Assembly: GCA_947453375.1 (NCBI GenBank)
Contig: CANGGT010000002.1
Span: forward strand, 1-60,576
Direction of reading: 5' to 3'
DNA from: Planctomycetaceae bacterium
GTDB lineage: Bacteria; Planctomycetota; Planctomycetia; Pirellulales; UBA1268
Length of the DNA stretch: 60,576 nucleotides
Numbering within the stretch: the first letter of the stretch is position 1; each line of letters opens with the position of its first letter. The notes under the pieces are model-generated. The model worked only from the letters and a program-made list of their open reading frames with translations, made no database searches and had not been told where the DNA came from. The position numbers and the translations under genes were made by a program. Positions 51,313-60,387 of the stretch are shown here, in pieces.

Positions 51313-51707
51313 ACTGAAACGGACCGAAAACAAACGCCAGAACAACCGCGACCAGTTCCGGCTCGCCGGAAACTGGGAGCAATCCTCCTGGGGAGGCTCG
51401 ACATCTTACCGCGCCGGGAGGCGTCGATCACGACCGAATCCCGAAAGAGACAAAATCCCGCCAGGGCTGCCTTTCCGGACCGGGTCGAAATCGACGCTCC
51501 CCGACGGGCCAACCGCCTGGAACCGAGGGATTCTAGGAAGGCTCAGGGGTGGCCGCAAGGTCAGCGCCCGAGAGGATGGGCATTTCGGGTTGAGGAGGAA
51601 AGCGGATCGCCGAATCGCCTACAATTGCCCCTGATTCGGGCTTCCCGGGGACGGCAGGGGGGGGCCGGTGGCGGTTGGGGTGGGAGTGCCCATTGAGGGT
51701 GGGGATC

Positions 51708-52262
51708 ATGATCGTCCGCTTCTTGGTCGTCGAGCCGGAATCGAAGAAGGGGTGCCACACCGTCCGCCTGCCACTCCTGGTGGGGAGGAGTCGGGAGGCA
51801 AAGTTCCGCATCCAGCAGGAGCGCGTCAGCCGCCGCCACTGCCAGTTCACCGTCGAGGATGGCGTCGTGTTCGTTCGCGACCTCGGGTCGACCAACGGCA
51901 CCCATCTGGAGGGGACGGTAGTTCCGGTCGACCATCCGCTCCGTGTTCCTCCCGGGGCGCTGGTGCGGGTCGGCAGCATCGGCTTTCTCGTCGAGTACGA
52001 CCGCTTCGCCGAGACGCCGACGGTGGAACTCCGCGCTCATGATCTGGCCGGCTCAGAAACGCTCGGGCCCGGAGGCGACGTCCACTCCGACGTCGACATC
52101 CGGTTTGAGGACGACGGCCCGCCGGCAGCCCACGACGCGGCATCGGTCGATCCTCCCCCAGGCGGCCTCGCTCCCCCTCCCGGTGTCGCGCCATCGGCCG
52201 ACGAGGTGTCCAGCGACGACGACGATGACGAACTCCGCCGGCTCCTCGAGGGACTGCGCTGA
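51708..52262 (+). CDS. FHA domain protein with acidic C-terminal tail
   Basis: Track ORF trimmed to ATG 51708. FHA core LLVGRSREAKFRIQQERVSRRHCQFTVEDGVVFVRDLGSTNGTHLEG. Confidence 0.8.
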   Translation: MIVRFLVVEPESKKGCHTVRLPLLVGRSREAKFRIQQERVSRRHCQFTVEDGVVFVRDLGSTNGTHLEGTVVPVDHPLRVPPGALVRVGSIGFLVEYDRFAETPTVELRAHDLAGSETLGPGGDVHSDVDIRFEDDGPPAAHDAASVDPPPGGLAPPPGVAPSADEVSSDDDDDELRRLLEGLR

Positions 52263-52265
52263 CGT

Positions 52266-53048
52266 CTACGGCGTCGCGGCCGGGCGACGCCCCTTTCCCT
52301 TGGCCGGAGGGGGCATGAGGGGATTGGTGAGGGTCACTTTGATCGACGAGGCGATCAACTGCCCCTTCTGGAGATACTCGCCATCGAGTTCGACTTCGTC
52401 ACCGACAGCTGCGACCGCGATGTTCGCCGTCGCGACTTCGAGCTCGGCATCGGCTGCGACCGGGATCTCGAAGCGGTCACGACCGATCTGAACGGTGATC
52501 TCGTCCCCTTCGACCGACTTGATGAATCCACTCACGAGGTAGGTTCCGGCCGGCCGTTTCCCGGGCGCCCGCTTCGCCTTCGGATCGGTGGGCCCCGACG
52601 CGTTCCCCGTGACACCGGGCGTCCCCCCACCAGGAAAGATCACCTTGGCAACCGGCTGCGTTACCTTGCCGAACTCATCGAGCTCGACGGAGCACTCGAC
52701 AAACTGCTTCGGCATGAGCATCTCGCGCGCGGCGGTACCGGTGACCTCGACGGTGGCACCGGGGGCGGCAGCCACGACCCAGAGATCCCCGGTGTTCTTG
52801 AGCCGGACCTGGAGTCGGCCGGGGGCGAGCGCCATCACCGTCCCCACCCGATCCGCCCGATCGAGTCGCTGCGGCCCGGCGGGCTGGGCGAGCGCCGCAC
52901 CTGCGCCGACCACGATCCACACGAAGGCGGCCAGAGCGATCGCCCAGCCGGTGGCCACTGCCGGGGAGGCCCGCAGCGCACCACCAAGCGCGACCGATCC
53001 GGCATCGCCGAATCCCGAAGGGCCCGAAAACCCGCAGCGACCGTCCAT
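52266..53048 (-). CDS. hypothetical secreted or membrane-anchored protein
   Basis: Track ORF trimmed to ATG 53048. Signal/anchor WAIALAAFVWIVVGAGAALA. The composition is beta-rich. Its stop is 3 nt from the convergent FHA gene stop. Confidence 0.5.
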   Translation of the reverse strand: MDGRCGFSGPSGFGDAGSVALGGALRASPAVATGWAIALAAFVWIVVGAGAALAQPAGPQRLDRADRVGTVMALAPGRLQVRLKNTGDLWVVAAAPGATVEVTGTAAREMLMPKQFVECSVELDEFGKVTQPVAKVIFPGGGTPGVTGNASGPTDPKAKRAPGKRPAGTYLVSGFIKSVEGDEITVQIGRDRFEIPVAADAELEVATANIAVAAVGDEVELDGEYLQKGQLIASSIKVTLTNPLMPPPAKGKGRRPAATP

Positions 53049-53172
53049 TTGGTGATTGCTCCCCTGCCAGACCACACTGGACTCCCCAGGCACACTATAC
53101 CGCTCGGCCGCGACCCGCGGCCATTGCGTCCTCCGGCCCCTCAACCCCACCTCATCCCCTCATCCGCGCACC

Positions 53173-53973
53173 ATGTCGAACGCCCCCCGCCGCGCCACCA
53201 TCCTCGACCTTGCGGCCGCAAAGCGCGACCACCGTCCCTTGAGCATGATCACCGCCTACGATTGGACGACGGCGAAACTCGTCGATGGCGCCGGCGTCGA
53301 CTGCATCCTCGTCGGCGACAGCGTGGCGATGGTCGTGGCGGGGCGCGACTCGACGATCCCGGCCACCCTCGATCAGATGATCTACCACGGCGAGATCGTC
53401 ACCCGAGCCAGCGCCCGGGCAATGGTGGTCGTCGACCTTCCCTTCCCCTACCAGCATCTCGGCGTCCGCTCGGCCGTCGAGGCCTGCGCCCGGATTCTCA
53501 AAGAGACCGGTTGCCAGGGGGTGAAGCTCGAGGGGACGGCCGGGCAGGCTGACGTCATTGCCGGCATCGCTGCCGCCGGCATCCCCGTCATGGGGCATGT
53601 CGGCTTGCGGCCCCAAGCCGTTCACCAACTCGGCGGCTACCGGATGCAGCGGGACGCCGAGCGACTGATGGCCGACGCCCGTGCCGCAGCCGACGCCGGA
53701 GCGTTCGCCGTGGTCCTCGAGTGCGTTCCGCAGGAGATCGCGCGAACGATCTCGGCTGCCCTCGAGATTCCGACGTTCGGAATCGGAGCCGGCCCCCACT
53801 GCGACGGCCAGGTGCTCGTGTTCCACGATCTCGTCGGGCTGTCGCTGGAGCGGGTGCCGAAGTTCGTCCGTGGCTACGCCGACACGAAGTCGACGATCGC
53901 CGCGGCGCTCGGCCGCTGGCGGCAGGACGTCGAAGCGCACGACTTCCCCGGTCCTGCTGAAAGCCGCGACTGA
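53173..53973 (+). CDS. panB: 3-methyl-2-oxobutanoate hydroxymethyltransferase
   Basis: Track ORF trimmed to ATG 53173. Motifs MITAYD, ILVGDSVAMVV, VKLEG, PVMGHVGLRPQ and IGIGAG..CDGQVLV. Confidence 0.9.
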   Translation: MSNAPRRATILDLAAAKRDHRPLSMITAYDWTTAKLVDGAGVDCILVGDSVAMVVAGRDSTIPATLDQMIYHGEIVTRASARAMVVVDLPFPYQHLGVRSAVEACARILKETGCQGVKLEGTAGQADVIAGIAAAGIPVMGHVGLRPQAVHQLGGYRMQRDAERLMADARAAADAGAFAVVLECVPQEIARTISAALEIPTFGIGAGPHCDGQVLVFHDLVGLSLERVPKFVRGYADTKSTIAAALGRWRQDVEAHDFPGPAESRD

Positions 53974-54130
53974 GCAGGCGCCGAACGTCCGGCCGGCGGT
54001 CCCCCCCGACAGTCTGGACGAGGGGAAAAACGTTTTCCTACCATGCTGCCGCAGAGGGCTGGCAGGCCCTCGAATCCCCGGCCCCCCCCGCTTCCTCCGA
54101 GGAGCGGCCAACACCCTCAGGAGCCCTGCC

Positions 54131-54943
54131 GTGATCTACACGGGCACCCTCAACGGCCTGCTCATCATCGGCGGAGGCGTGATCCTGTCGCTCCTCCTGG
54201 TGATCCTCGTCCGCTCCCGTTTCAACCCGGAGCAACTCACCCGCGCCCATGATGCCACCGGGAACCTGCTCGCCGTCGTGGGAACCCTCTACGCGGTGAT
54301 GCTTGGCCTGATCGTCGTCGACGCGATGGTCCGCTTCGAGAAGGCGATCGACGTCGTCCAGGCCGAATCGACCTGCCTGGCCGACATCTACGTCCTCGCG
54401 CAACGGCTCCCGGAAACCCAGCGAACTCGCGTCCACGATGCCTGCCGCGCGTACGCAGTCGCGGTCGTCGAGAAGGAATGGCCGCTCATGGCCCAGGGAT
54501 TGGTGAGCATCGACGCCCGCAAGGCCGGCCTCCGCATCCTCCGCTCGCTCGACGACTTCGAGCCGACGACCGAAGCCGAGAAGGCGATCTTCCCGCTCAT
54601 CCTCCAGGCGATGCAGGCCACCTGGGACAACCGGCGCGAGCGGGTCGGCACGGCCGAGTACGGGATCCCGGCGGTGGAATGGGTGGCGCTCCTCCTGGGA
54701 GCCGTGGTGACGGTCGTCTTTGCCGGGCTCTTCCATGTGGAGAACTTCCGGCTCCAGATGCTGATCACGGCCATGGCGGCGCTCGTGATCGGCCTCAATC
54801 TCTATCTCGTGTCCCTCTTCGGCTATCCCTTCGCTGGCGACCTCAGCGTCTCGAACCGGCCATTCCAAGTCGACATCGGCATGTTCGACGGGCTGTTCGA
54901 CGAAGCCCCGATCCACGACCGCGAACCGGCCCCCGCGGGCTGA
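54131..54943 (+). CDS. DUF4239-like membrane protein (paralog 2)
   Basis: Track ORF trimmed to GTG 54131, with AGGAG 7 nt upstream. It has the same TM/soluble/TM layout as the 39572..40366 product and the shared EKEWPLMAQG-type block. Confidence 0.6.
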   Translation: MIYTGTLNGLLIIGGGVILSLLLVILVRSRFNPEQLTRAHDATGNLLAVVGTLYAVMLGLIVVDAMVRFEKAIDVVQAESTCLADIYVLAQRLPETQRTRVHDACRAYAVAVVEKEWPLMAQGLVSIDARKAGLRILRSLDDFEPTTEAEKAIFPLILQAMQATWDNRRERVGTAEYGIPAVEWVALLLGAVVTVVFAGLFHVENFRLQMLITAMAALVIGLNLYLVSLFGYPFAGDLSVSNRPFQVDIGMFDGLFDEAPIHDREPAPAG

Positions 54944-54947
54944 GCGG

Positions 54948-55484
54948 TCACGGCAGGACAACCTCGTCGGAGATCACCACCGGACGACTCGTGCTCACCG
55001 CCGACACCGGCGTGGGGATGCCGGCGCTCGGCACCGGGCCGGGCGCTCCGCCGGGCCCTGAGGGCAGGATCGGCGCTCCGGCGCCCCCCGGCAGGGTCGT
55101 GCCCCCCTGATGGATCGTCGAACTTCCGGGGACGATCGTCGTGCCGGCGGGGAGACCTCCCTCGATCATGCCGCCCTGCACGCCCCCCTGGCAGGAATTG
55201 CAGTTCTCCCCCCCCATCGAAACCACCTCGCCACCGGCACACGGAGCGGCCTGGGCGCAGTTGCCCCCCTGACCGCAGACACGGGGTGCAGCAGGGGCCG
55301 CGGCGGCCTGCGCCATCGCACCGGGGGGAACGAATCCGGGAGGGAGGTGGCCGAAGCACCGCTCGTACTTCCACACCTCCAGCGCGATGTATCGCTCGTT
55401 GAGGGTCTTGCAGCCCGTCGACGAGAGAGCGATCGCCACCGCACTCAACCCCAGCAATTGGGGCATCCATCCCTGCACGCGCAT
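54948..55484 (-). CDS. hypothetical Gly/Pro/Cys-rich lipoprotein
   Basis: Lipobox ALSSTGC. Six further Cys residues lie in CGQGGNCAQAAPCAGG...NCNSCQGG. The tail is low-complexity G/P. Confidence 0.5.
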   Translation of the reverse strand: MRVQGWMPQLLGLSAVAIALSSTGCKTLNERYIALEVWKYERCFGHLPPGFVPPGAMAQAAAAPAAPRVCGQGGNCAQAAPCAGGEVVSMGGENCNSCQGGVQGGMIEGGLPAGTTIVPGSSTIHQGGTTLPGGAGAPILPSGPGGAPGPVPSAGIPTPVSAVSTSRPVVISDEVVLP

Positions 55485-55958
55485 CGACAGGCCTCCAGGC
55501 GGGTTGCCGCGACGCGTCGTCGCGCGGCGGCCGCTCCGCGATGCCTCGCACCGCGGAACCAGGCAACCCTACCCCACGGGGTGGGCGCGGCAAGGAAATC
55601 GCGAGGCACGGTTTTGGCCTGGGCCCGTGGAGGCGCTGCAACCCTGCGGATCGTGCGGCGCGTGCGTGGCAGGGGCCGGTGAGCGACGCCCCGACGAGCA
55701 GGCTATGGACAAAGTGCCTGCCCGACCGGACGCGATGGTCGCGAGTGCGGCGCACTTGCGACACCCGGAGGTTTTCCGAGTGGAAAACCGTCACGGACGA
55801 CTTTTTCCACCGGCAGCCACGGACGCTGAATCAGTGGTCGCGGGCAGACCGGCCCCACGGAGCGACCAGCGAACGAACCGCGATCCCGGCCGGCGGCCCG
55901 GAATCGGCACCCCAGATACGGCAGATCAGCAACGACACCAGACGACGGAAACCCGTGG

Positions 55959-56048
55959 TCAACCCTTGCGGTGGCGGATACGGGCCCGCATACGGCGCTT
56001 CTTTTGACCGAGTTTGCGCCGACCCTTGCCCGTCTTCTTGACACCCAT
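55959..56048 (-). CDS. 29-aa highly basic peptide, bS22 / AURKAIP1-COX24-like ribosomal protein candidate
   Basis: MGVKKTGKGRRKLGQKKRRMRARIRHRKG. ATG 56048, with GGAG starting 10 nt upstream (6-nt spacer). In the track it is hidden as the tail of ORF 55959..56279. Confidence 0.45.
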   Translation of the reverse strand: MGVKKTGKGRRKLGQKKRRMRARIRHRKG

Positions 56049-56259
56049 GCTCTTCTCCAGGCTGATCTGACCGGGAGGAACTTCCCGGGCCCACCGTTGT
56101 AGAATGACGTCCCGACCGCATGCAAGCGGTCCTCCGTCTCCGGCAGATAGGGCGATATCCCACCCCTTTCCCCCCCCCAGTTCCGCCCCCGGACGATCCT
56201 GTCCCCCCACCCCCTCCAGACCGGCCGTGCCGTCCGGCCCCCCCCGCATCGGGCCAACC

Positions 56260-57291
56260 ATGATCGTCCTTTTCCCCACCTACGCCCGTCGGATCGCCGG
56301 GGGCACCCGTTGGCGGGCGACGGTGGCGGGCATGGTCGTCCGGCCGCTGCCGGTGACAAGCAGGCGCCGCGTTCTGGCGATGGCGGTGTTCCGACGGCTC
56401 TTCGACCTCGACGAGGAGCAGTTGCGCCAGGACGTCTTCCGGCGCCGCTCCGACGCCTTCCTCTTCCGACGCATCCCAGGGGCGGCTGTCGCGGTGTCGA
56501 TCGGCGGGAGGGTCATCGAGGCCGGGCCGACCGACCGGGTGGGCCACTTCCACCTCGAGATCGACCTCGACGATCCGCCGGGCCCCCTCGCCGCACCGCG
56601 AACCGTGGCGTACGACGCCTGGGCCACCGAGCCGGCCGGCGACGACGGTGGAGAGACGGTGTCACGCGGGTCTGGTCGGGTGCATCTGGTCGACGACGAG
56701 GGGCTGTCAGTGATCTCCGACATCGACGACACGGTCAAGGTGACCGCTGTCGGCAATCGCCGAGAACTGCTCGCCAACACCCTCCTCCGTGAGTTTCGCG
56801 CCGTTCCCGGCATGCCCGAGGTCTACCGTGGGTGGGAAACCGACGGGGCAGCGTTCCACTACGTCTCGGCGAGTCCCTGGCAACTCGCCTCGTGCCTCGA
56901 TGGATTCTTCACCGAGTGCGGCCTCCCATCAGGCTCGATGCACCTGAAGCTCTTCCGCCTCAAAGACTCAACGCCACTGGGGAGGTTTCCCTCGCGGAAG
57001 AAATCGAAGCGGCGCGTGATCGAGCAGATCATGGCCGACTTCCCCCGCCGTCGCTTCCTCCTCATCGGCGACTCCGGCGAGCGCGACCCCGACGTTTACA
57101 CGGCGGTGGCCCGGCGCAAGCCGTCCCAGGTGGCCGGCGTCGTAATCCGCCGGGTCGATGGCCATGGGCCCGCCTGGAAGATCGACCGCCGTCTCGATCG
57201 TCTTGCCCGCCGGCTCCCCCGCGGGCTCTTTCAGGTATTCGACGAGCCCGACTCGATCCGCGATCTCGGCCCCGGCCGGGCCCCGGCTTGA
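56260..57291 (+). CDS. App1-family (DUF2183) phosphatidate phosphatase-like protein
   Basis: Track ORF trimmed to ATG 56260. HAD-like SVISDIDDTVKVT, FHYVSASPWQL and LLIGDSGERDPDVY. Confidence 0.7.
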   Translation: MIVLFPTYARRIAGGTRWRATVAGMVVRPLPVTSRRRVLAMAVFRRLFDLDEEQLRQDVFRRRSDAFLFRRIPGAAVAVSIGGRVIEAGPTDRVGHFHLEIDLDDPPGPLAAPRTVAYDAWATEPAGDDGGETVSRGSGRVHLVDDEGLSVISDIDDTVKVTAVGNRRELLANTLLREFRAVPGMPEVYRGWETDGAAFHYVSASPWQLASCLDGFFTECGLPSGSMHLKLFRLKDSTPLGRFPSRKKSKRRVIEQIMADFPRRRFLLIGDSGERDPDVYTAVARRKPSQVAGVVIRRVDGHGPAWKIDRRLDRLARRLPRGLFQVFDEPDSIRDLGPGRAPA

Positions 57292-57321
57292 GTGGAGTTG
57301 GAGCGGCCCCGTCTCAGCCGA

Positions 57322-57687
57322 TCATTCGCCGCCAGCTTCAGGGGCGTCGTCCCCCTTCTCGTTCGGCCCGCGCCGATTGGGACGCCGGGCATCGTGGCGG
57401 CGGAAGACGGCCACGACATCCTCGATCGGCACGACGTAGAGGAGGTTGTCCTGCTCGAAATCAACCGGGATCGAGTTCTTCGGGTGGAAGAGGACCTTGT
57501 CGTATTTCTCGATCGGGAAATCGGCGTCCCGCTCCACCTGGAGGCTCACCTCGACGACGCGCCCTGTGATCGTGGGGATCTCCGCCTGGTCGGGGAGAAC
57601 GATCCCCCCGCGCGTCTTGTGGCGGCTCTCATCCTTGCGAATCAGAACCCGCATCCCCAGCGGCTCGACAAAATCATCCACGCTCAC
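57322..57687 (-). CDS. groES: GroES/Cpn10-family co-chaperonin-like protein with charged C-terminal tail, no adjacent groEL
   Basis: GTG start. VEPLGMRVLIRKDESRHKTRGGIVLPD...TGRVVEVS...YDKVLF...VVPIEDVVAVF aligns with the GroES pattern. Confidence 0.7.
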   Translation of the reverse strand: MSVDDFVEPLGMRVLIRKDESRHKTRGGIVLPDQAEIPTITGRVVEVSLQVERDADFPIEKYDKVLFHPKNSIPVDFEQDNLLYVVPIEDVVAVFRRHDARRPNRRGPNEKGDDAPEAGGE

Positions 57688-57853
57688 CTCCGCCCCCGAT
57701 TGCCGTCGGGGCTCCTCGATCGAGGGCCCTCAGACACCCCAACCGACGGGCGGGGGATGCCGTGATCGATGTTGTACGTCCCTCTCCGGCGGCAAGCCAC
57801 TCCCGGGCAGATCGCCCGCCCGGGAGGGGACAACGATTCACGGGCTCCCAGAC

Positions 57854-58258
57854 TCACGGGCTCTCGAAGGCGTTCTCGAAGTGCTCGACGATCGGGGCCT
57901 CGCCGTCGGCCGCGAAGATCACCGTGACCACATCGATCCGCACCTGGCAATCCTGGAGACGGTGCCGGCGGATGTAGGCGTTGGCGAGCTCCGCGATCCG
58001 CCGCTGCTTCACCGGCCCGACCGTCTCTGCCGGATGGCCGTGGCGCGTGTCGGAGCGACTGCGGACCTCGACGAATACGACCGTGCGGCCGTCGAGGGCG
58101 ACGATGTCGATGTCTCCCCGGAGCACCCGCTCGCGGCGGCCGACGATCCGATAGCCGAGTCGCTGGAGGTGCTTCGCAGCTAGATCCTCCCCCTTCCGAC
58201 CGAGCGCATCGCGGTCGTCGGGGCCGTCACGGCGATGCTCGGGGTCGCGCCGGTCCAT
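57854..58258 (-). CDS. YraN family (UPF0102) endonuclease-like protein
   Basis: Track ORF trimmed to ATG 58258. GEDLAAKHLQRLGYRIVGRRERVLRGDIDIVALDGRTVVFVEVRSR. Confidence 0.75.
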   Translation of the reverse strand: MDRRDPEHRRDGPDDRDALGRKGEDLAAKHLQRLGYRIVGRRERVLRGDIDIVALDGRTVVFVEVRSRSDTRHGHPAETVGPVKQRRIAELANAYIRRHRLQDCQVRIDVVTVIFAADGEAPIVEHFENAFESP

Positions 58259-58328
58259 CGGCCCTCCCCACCAAGCGATGCGGGACGGTGTCCACGAAAT
58301 CCACGGATGAAGAGGGGCGACGCCCCGA

Positions 58329-58739
58329 TCAGGCCTTGGCGGCCTTCTTCGCAGCGGCCTTCTTCGCAGCGCCAGCCGCCAGAGCGACCTCGTCGCGCTT
58401 CTCGCGGAGACGCACGGCCTTGCCGACGCGATCACGGAGATAGTAGAGCTTGGCACGGCGCGAAACGCCCGACCGCTTCACCTCGACCTTGGCGATCTTC
58501 GGTGAGTGGAGGGGAAACTTGCGTTCCACCCCCTCGCCGCCGACGATCCGGCGGACGGTGAACATCTCACGGCTGCCGGTGCCGCTGCGAGCGATGACGA
58601 CGCCATTGAAAATCTGAACCCGCTCCTTCTCGCCTTCGAGAATGCGGGTGTGGACGTCGACGGTGTCGCCAATGGCGAACTTGGGGACTTCCGACTTGAG
58701 GCTCGAGGCCTCGACGAGGGAGAGGGTCTTCTGGCTCAC
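58329..58739 (-). CDS. rplS: 50S ribosomal protein L19 with Lys/Ala-rich C-terminal extension
   Basis: The GTG start overlaps the trmD stop (GTGA). [33 protein letters not shown]. Tail [16 protein letters not shown]. Confidence 0.95.
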   Translation of the reverse strand: MSQKTLSLVEASSLKSEVPKFAIGDTVDVHTRILEGEKERVQIFNGVVIARSGTGSREMFTVRRIVGGEGVERKFPLHSPKIAKVEVKRSGVSRRAKLYYLRDRVGKAVRLREKRDEVALAAGAAKKAAAKKAAKA

Positions 58740-59560
58740 GGCACGCTCCTTGGTGTGGTTTCGATGGCCCGGGCAGTCAGCTCCGGAACCTTCTTGGTCG
58801 GGACTGGGGATTGGTTTGTGGATGGCTCGCCGGAGCGGTCCGACGGGCCGGCTTCACGGCGGCGGGTGGCAACGATCGCCTGCTCGTAACGCCACTTCGC
58901 GATCTTGCCGTGATCCCCAGACAGTAACACGTCGGGCACGGCCATGCCGCGAAACTCCCGCGGGCGTGTGTACTGGGGCCCTTCGACGAGCCGACCCGGG
59001 TTTGAGAAGGAATCCTGGCGGGCGCTCTCCTCGTCGCCGAGCACACCGGGCACGAGGCGGCAGACGGCGTCGACGACGACCATCGCCGCGACTTCCCCCC
59101 CGGAGAGGACGAAATCTCCGATGGAGAGTTCTTCAGCCCCCAGCGCCGTGCGGACGCGGGCATCGAAGCCCTCATAGCGACCACAGACGAGGATCAGCCG
59201 TTCCCGGCGGGAAAGTTCCTCGACTACTTCCTGGGTGAGCCGACGCCCCCCGGGGGTGAGGAGGATAACGGGCGATTCGCCCCCTTCGGCCGGGACAAGA
59301 GCCTGTTCCGTGGAGGCCGCCGGCAGGCCATCGCCAACCACGTGCTCGGCACAGGCGACCACGGGGCCGGGCATGAGGAGCATCCCCGGACCGCCACCGA
59401 AGGGACGGTCGTCAACCTGTCGGTGAATCCCCTCGGCGAAGTCGCGGATGTTCGTCACCCGGATGTCGAGGAGGCCGGAGGCGCGGGCGGCCCCGAGCAG
59501 ACTTCCGTCGAGGAAGCCGGTGAACATCTCGGGAAAGAGGGTAAGGATGTCGATGCGCAT
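58736..59560 (-). CDS. trmD: tRNA (guanine37-N1)-methyltransferase
   Basis: [13 protein letters not shown]..., [28 protein letters not shown] and [12 protein letters not shown]. Confidence 0.95.
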   Translation of the reverse strand: MRIDILTLFPEMFTGFLDGSLLGAARASGLLDIRVTNIRDFAEGIHRQVDDRPFGGGPGMLLMPGPVVACAEHVVGDGLPAASTEQALVPAEGGESPVILLTPGGRRLTQEVVEELSRRERLILVCGRYEGFDARVRTALGAEELSIGDFVLSGGEVAAMVVVDAVCRLVPGVLGDEESARQDSFSNPGRLVEGPQYTRPREFRGMAVPDVLLSGDHGKIAKWRYEQAIVATRRREAGPSDRSGEPSTNQSPVPTKKVPELTARAIETTPRSVP

Positions 59561-59727
59561 GACGAAAACTCGTGCCCGCGTGACGGCACCACCGGGAGGG
59601 CTCCCGGAAAGGACCGCCGGTAGACGGTACCGCCACGCCCTTCATCGTCCCCCGCAGCCCCGGAAGTGGAGGCTCTGCAGAGAGATGCTGGGTGCGAACG
59701 GACCATCCACGGTGCTCCCGCGGTGGA

Positions 59728-60150
59728 TCAGCCTTCTGCGGCGGGGGCCTCGGCAGCCGGTTCGGCGGCAACCTCGGCGGCGGGAGCCTCGGCTGCGGCC
59801 GGGGCCTTCACTTCGGGAACGAACACCGGGGCTCCGGCATCGGGGACGATCCGCGGGAGCTTGAGCTTGGCGCGGGCCAGCTCCATCTCCTTCACGCGGG
59901 TTCCCTTGGCGCCGTACTTCTTGATCAGCACCCGGACGGCATCGCTCGGCTTGGCGCCGACCGACAGCCAGTACTCGAGCCGGGCGTTGTCGAGCGTGAC
60001 CCGGGCATCCGTGTCGGGCACGGAGGTGTCGTACGTGCCGAGTTCCTCAATCACGCGGCCGTCGCGCGGGCTGCGCCTGTCGGTCGCGCAAATCCGATAA
60101 TAGGCGCGGTTCTTCCGACCCATCCGCTTCATCCGAATCGCCACTGCCAC
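59728..60150 (-). CDS. rpsP: 30S ribosomal protein S16 with Ala/Pro/Glu-rich C-terminal extension
   Basis: Track ORF 59728..60570 trimmed to GTG 60150 (alternative GTG 60144). AVAIRMKRMGRKNRAYYRICATDRRSPRDGRVIEELGTYD. Confidence 0.9.
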   Translation of the reverse strand: MAVAIRMKRMGRKNRAYYRICATDRRSPRDGRVIEELGTYDTSVPDTDARVTLDNARLEYWLSVGAKPSDAVRVLIKKYGAKGTRVKEMELARAKLKLPRIVPDAGAPVFVPEVKAPAAAEAPAAEVAAEPAAEAPAAEG

Positions 60151-60191
60151 GGTCGCAATCTCCGTTGGATCTGAATTCTTCCGGGCCTTGC

Positions 60192-60219
60192 AGTGTATCG
60201 CGGCGCCGCCGGAACCCAA
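60192..60219 (-). promoter_or_regulatory. candidate promoter TTGGGT-N16-TACACT for the rpsP operon
   Basis: On the minus strand, TTGGGT is the complement of 60219..60214 and TACACT the complement of 60197..60192. The promoter sits about 40 nt upstream of the rpsP start. Confidence 0.3.
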
Positions 60220-60387
60220 GACCATCTCTCCACGGGGCTGTTTTCCGGCAAATTTCACCCTTTCCCGCTCCGCCCAGCTCCCCCATCCCCCCCTGCACCC
60301 CGTCCCCGGCGGGCCATCGGCTCCCCACGGCGGGCCGGTCGGGGCTAGGATCGGCCCGGCATCCCTTTCCCTCACCCGTCGGGGCCC

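Noticed and set aside
50957-51382. N-terminal extension of the trigger-factor ORF in the track
   Set aside because: The extension reads through the tRNA-Gly gene and has Arg/Pro/Gly-rich composition. The conserved trigger-factor N-terminus begins near ATG 50956.
55387-56553. ORFs 55387..56007 (+), 55703..56359 (-) and 55831..56553 (-)
   Set aside because: They are mutually overlapping Arg/Pro/Gly-rich frames without motifs. Only the last 29 codons of 55959..56279 look like a real basic small protein.
59561-59727. Possible rimM or KH-domain gene between rpsP and trmD
   Set aside because: The 167-nt gap is too short, and no ORF with a sensible composition is present.
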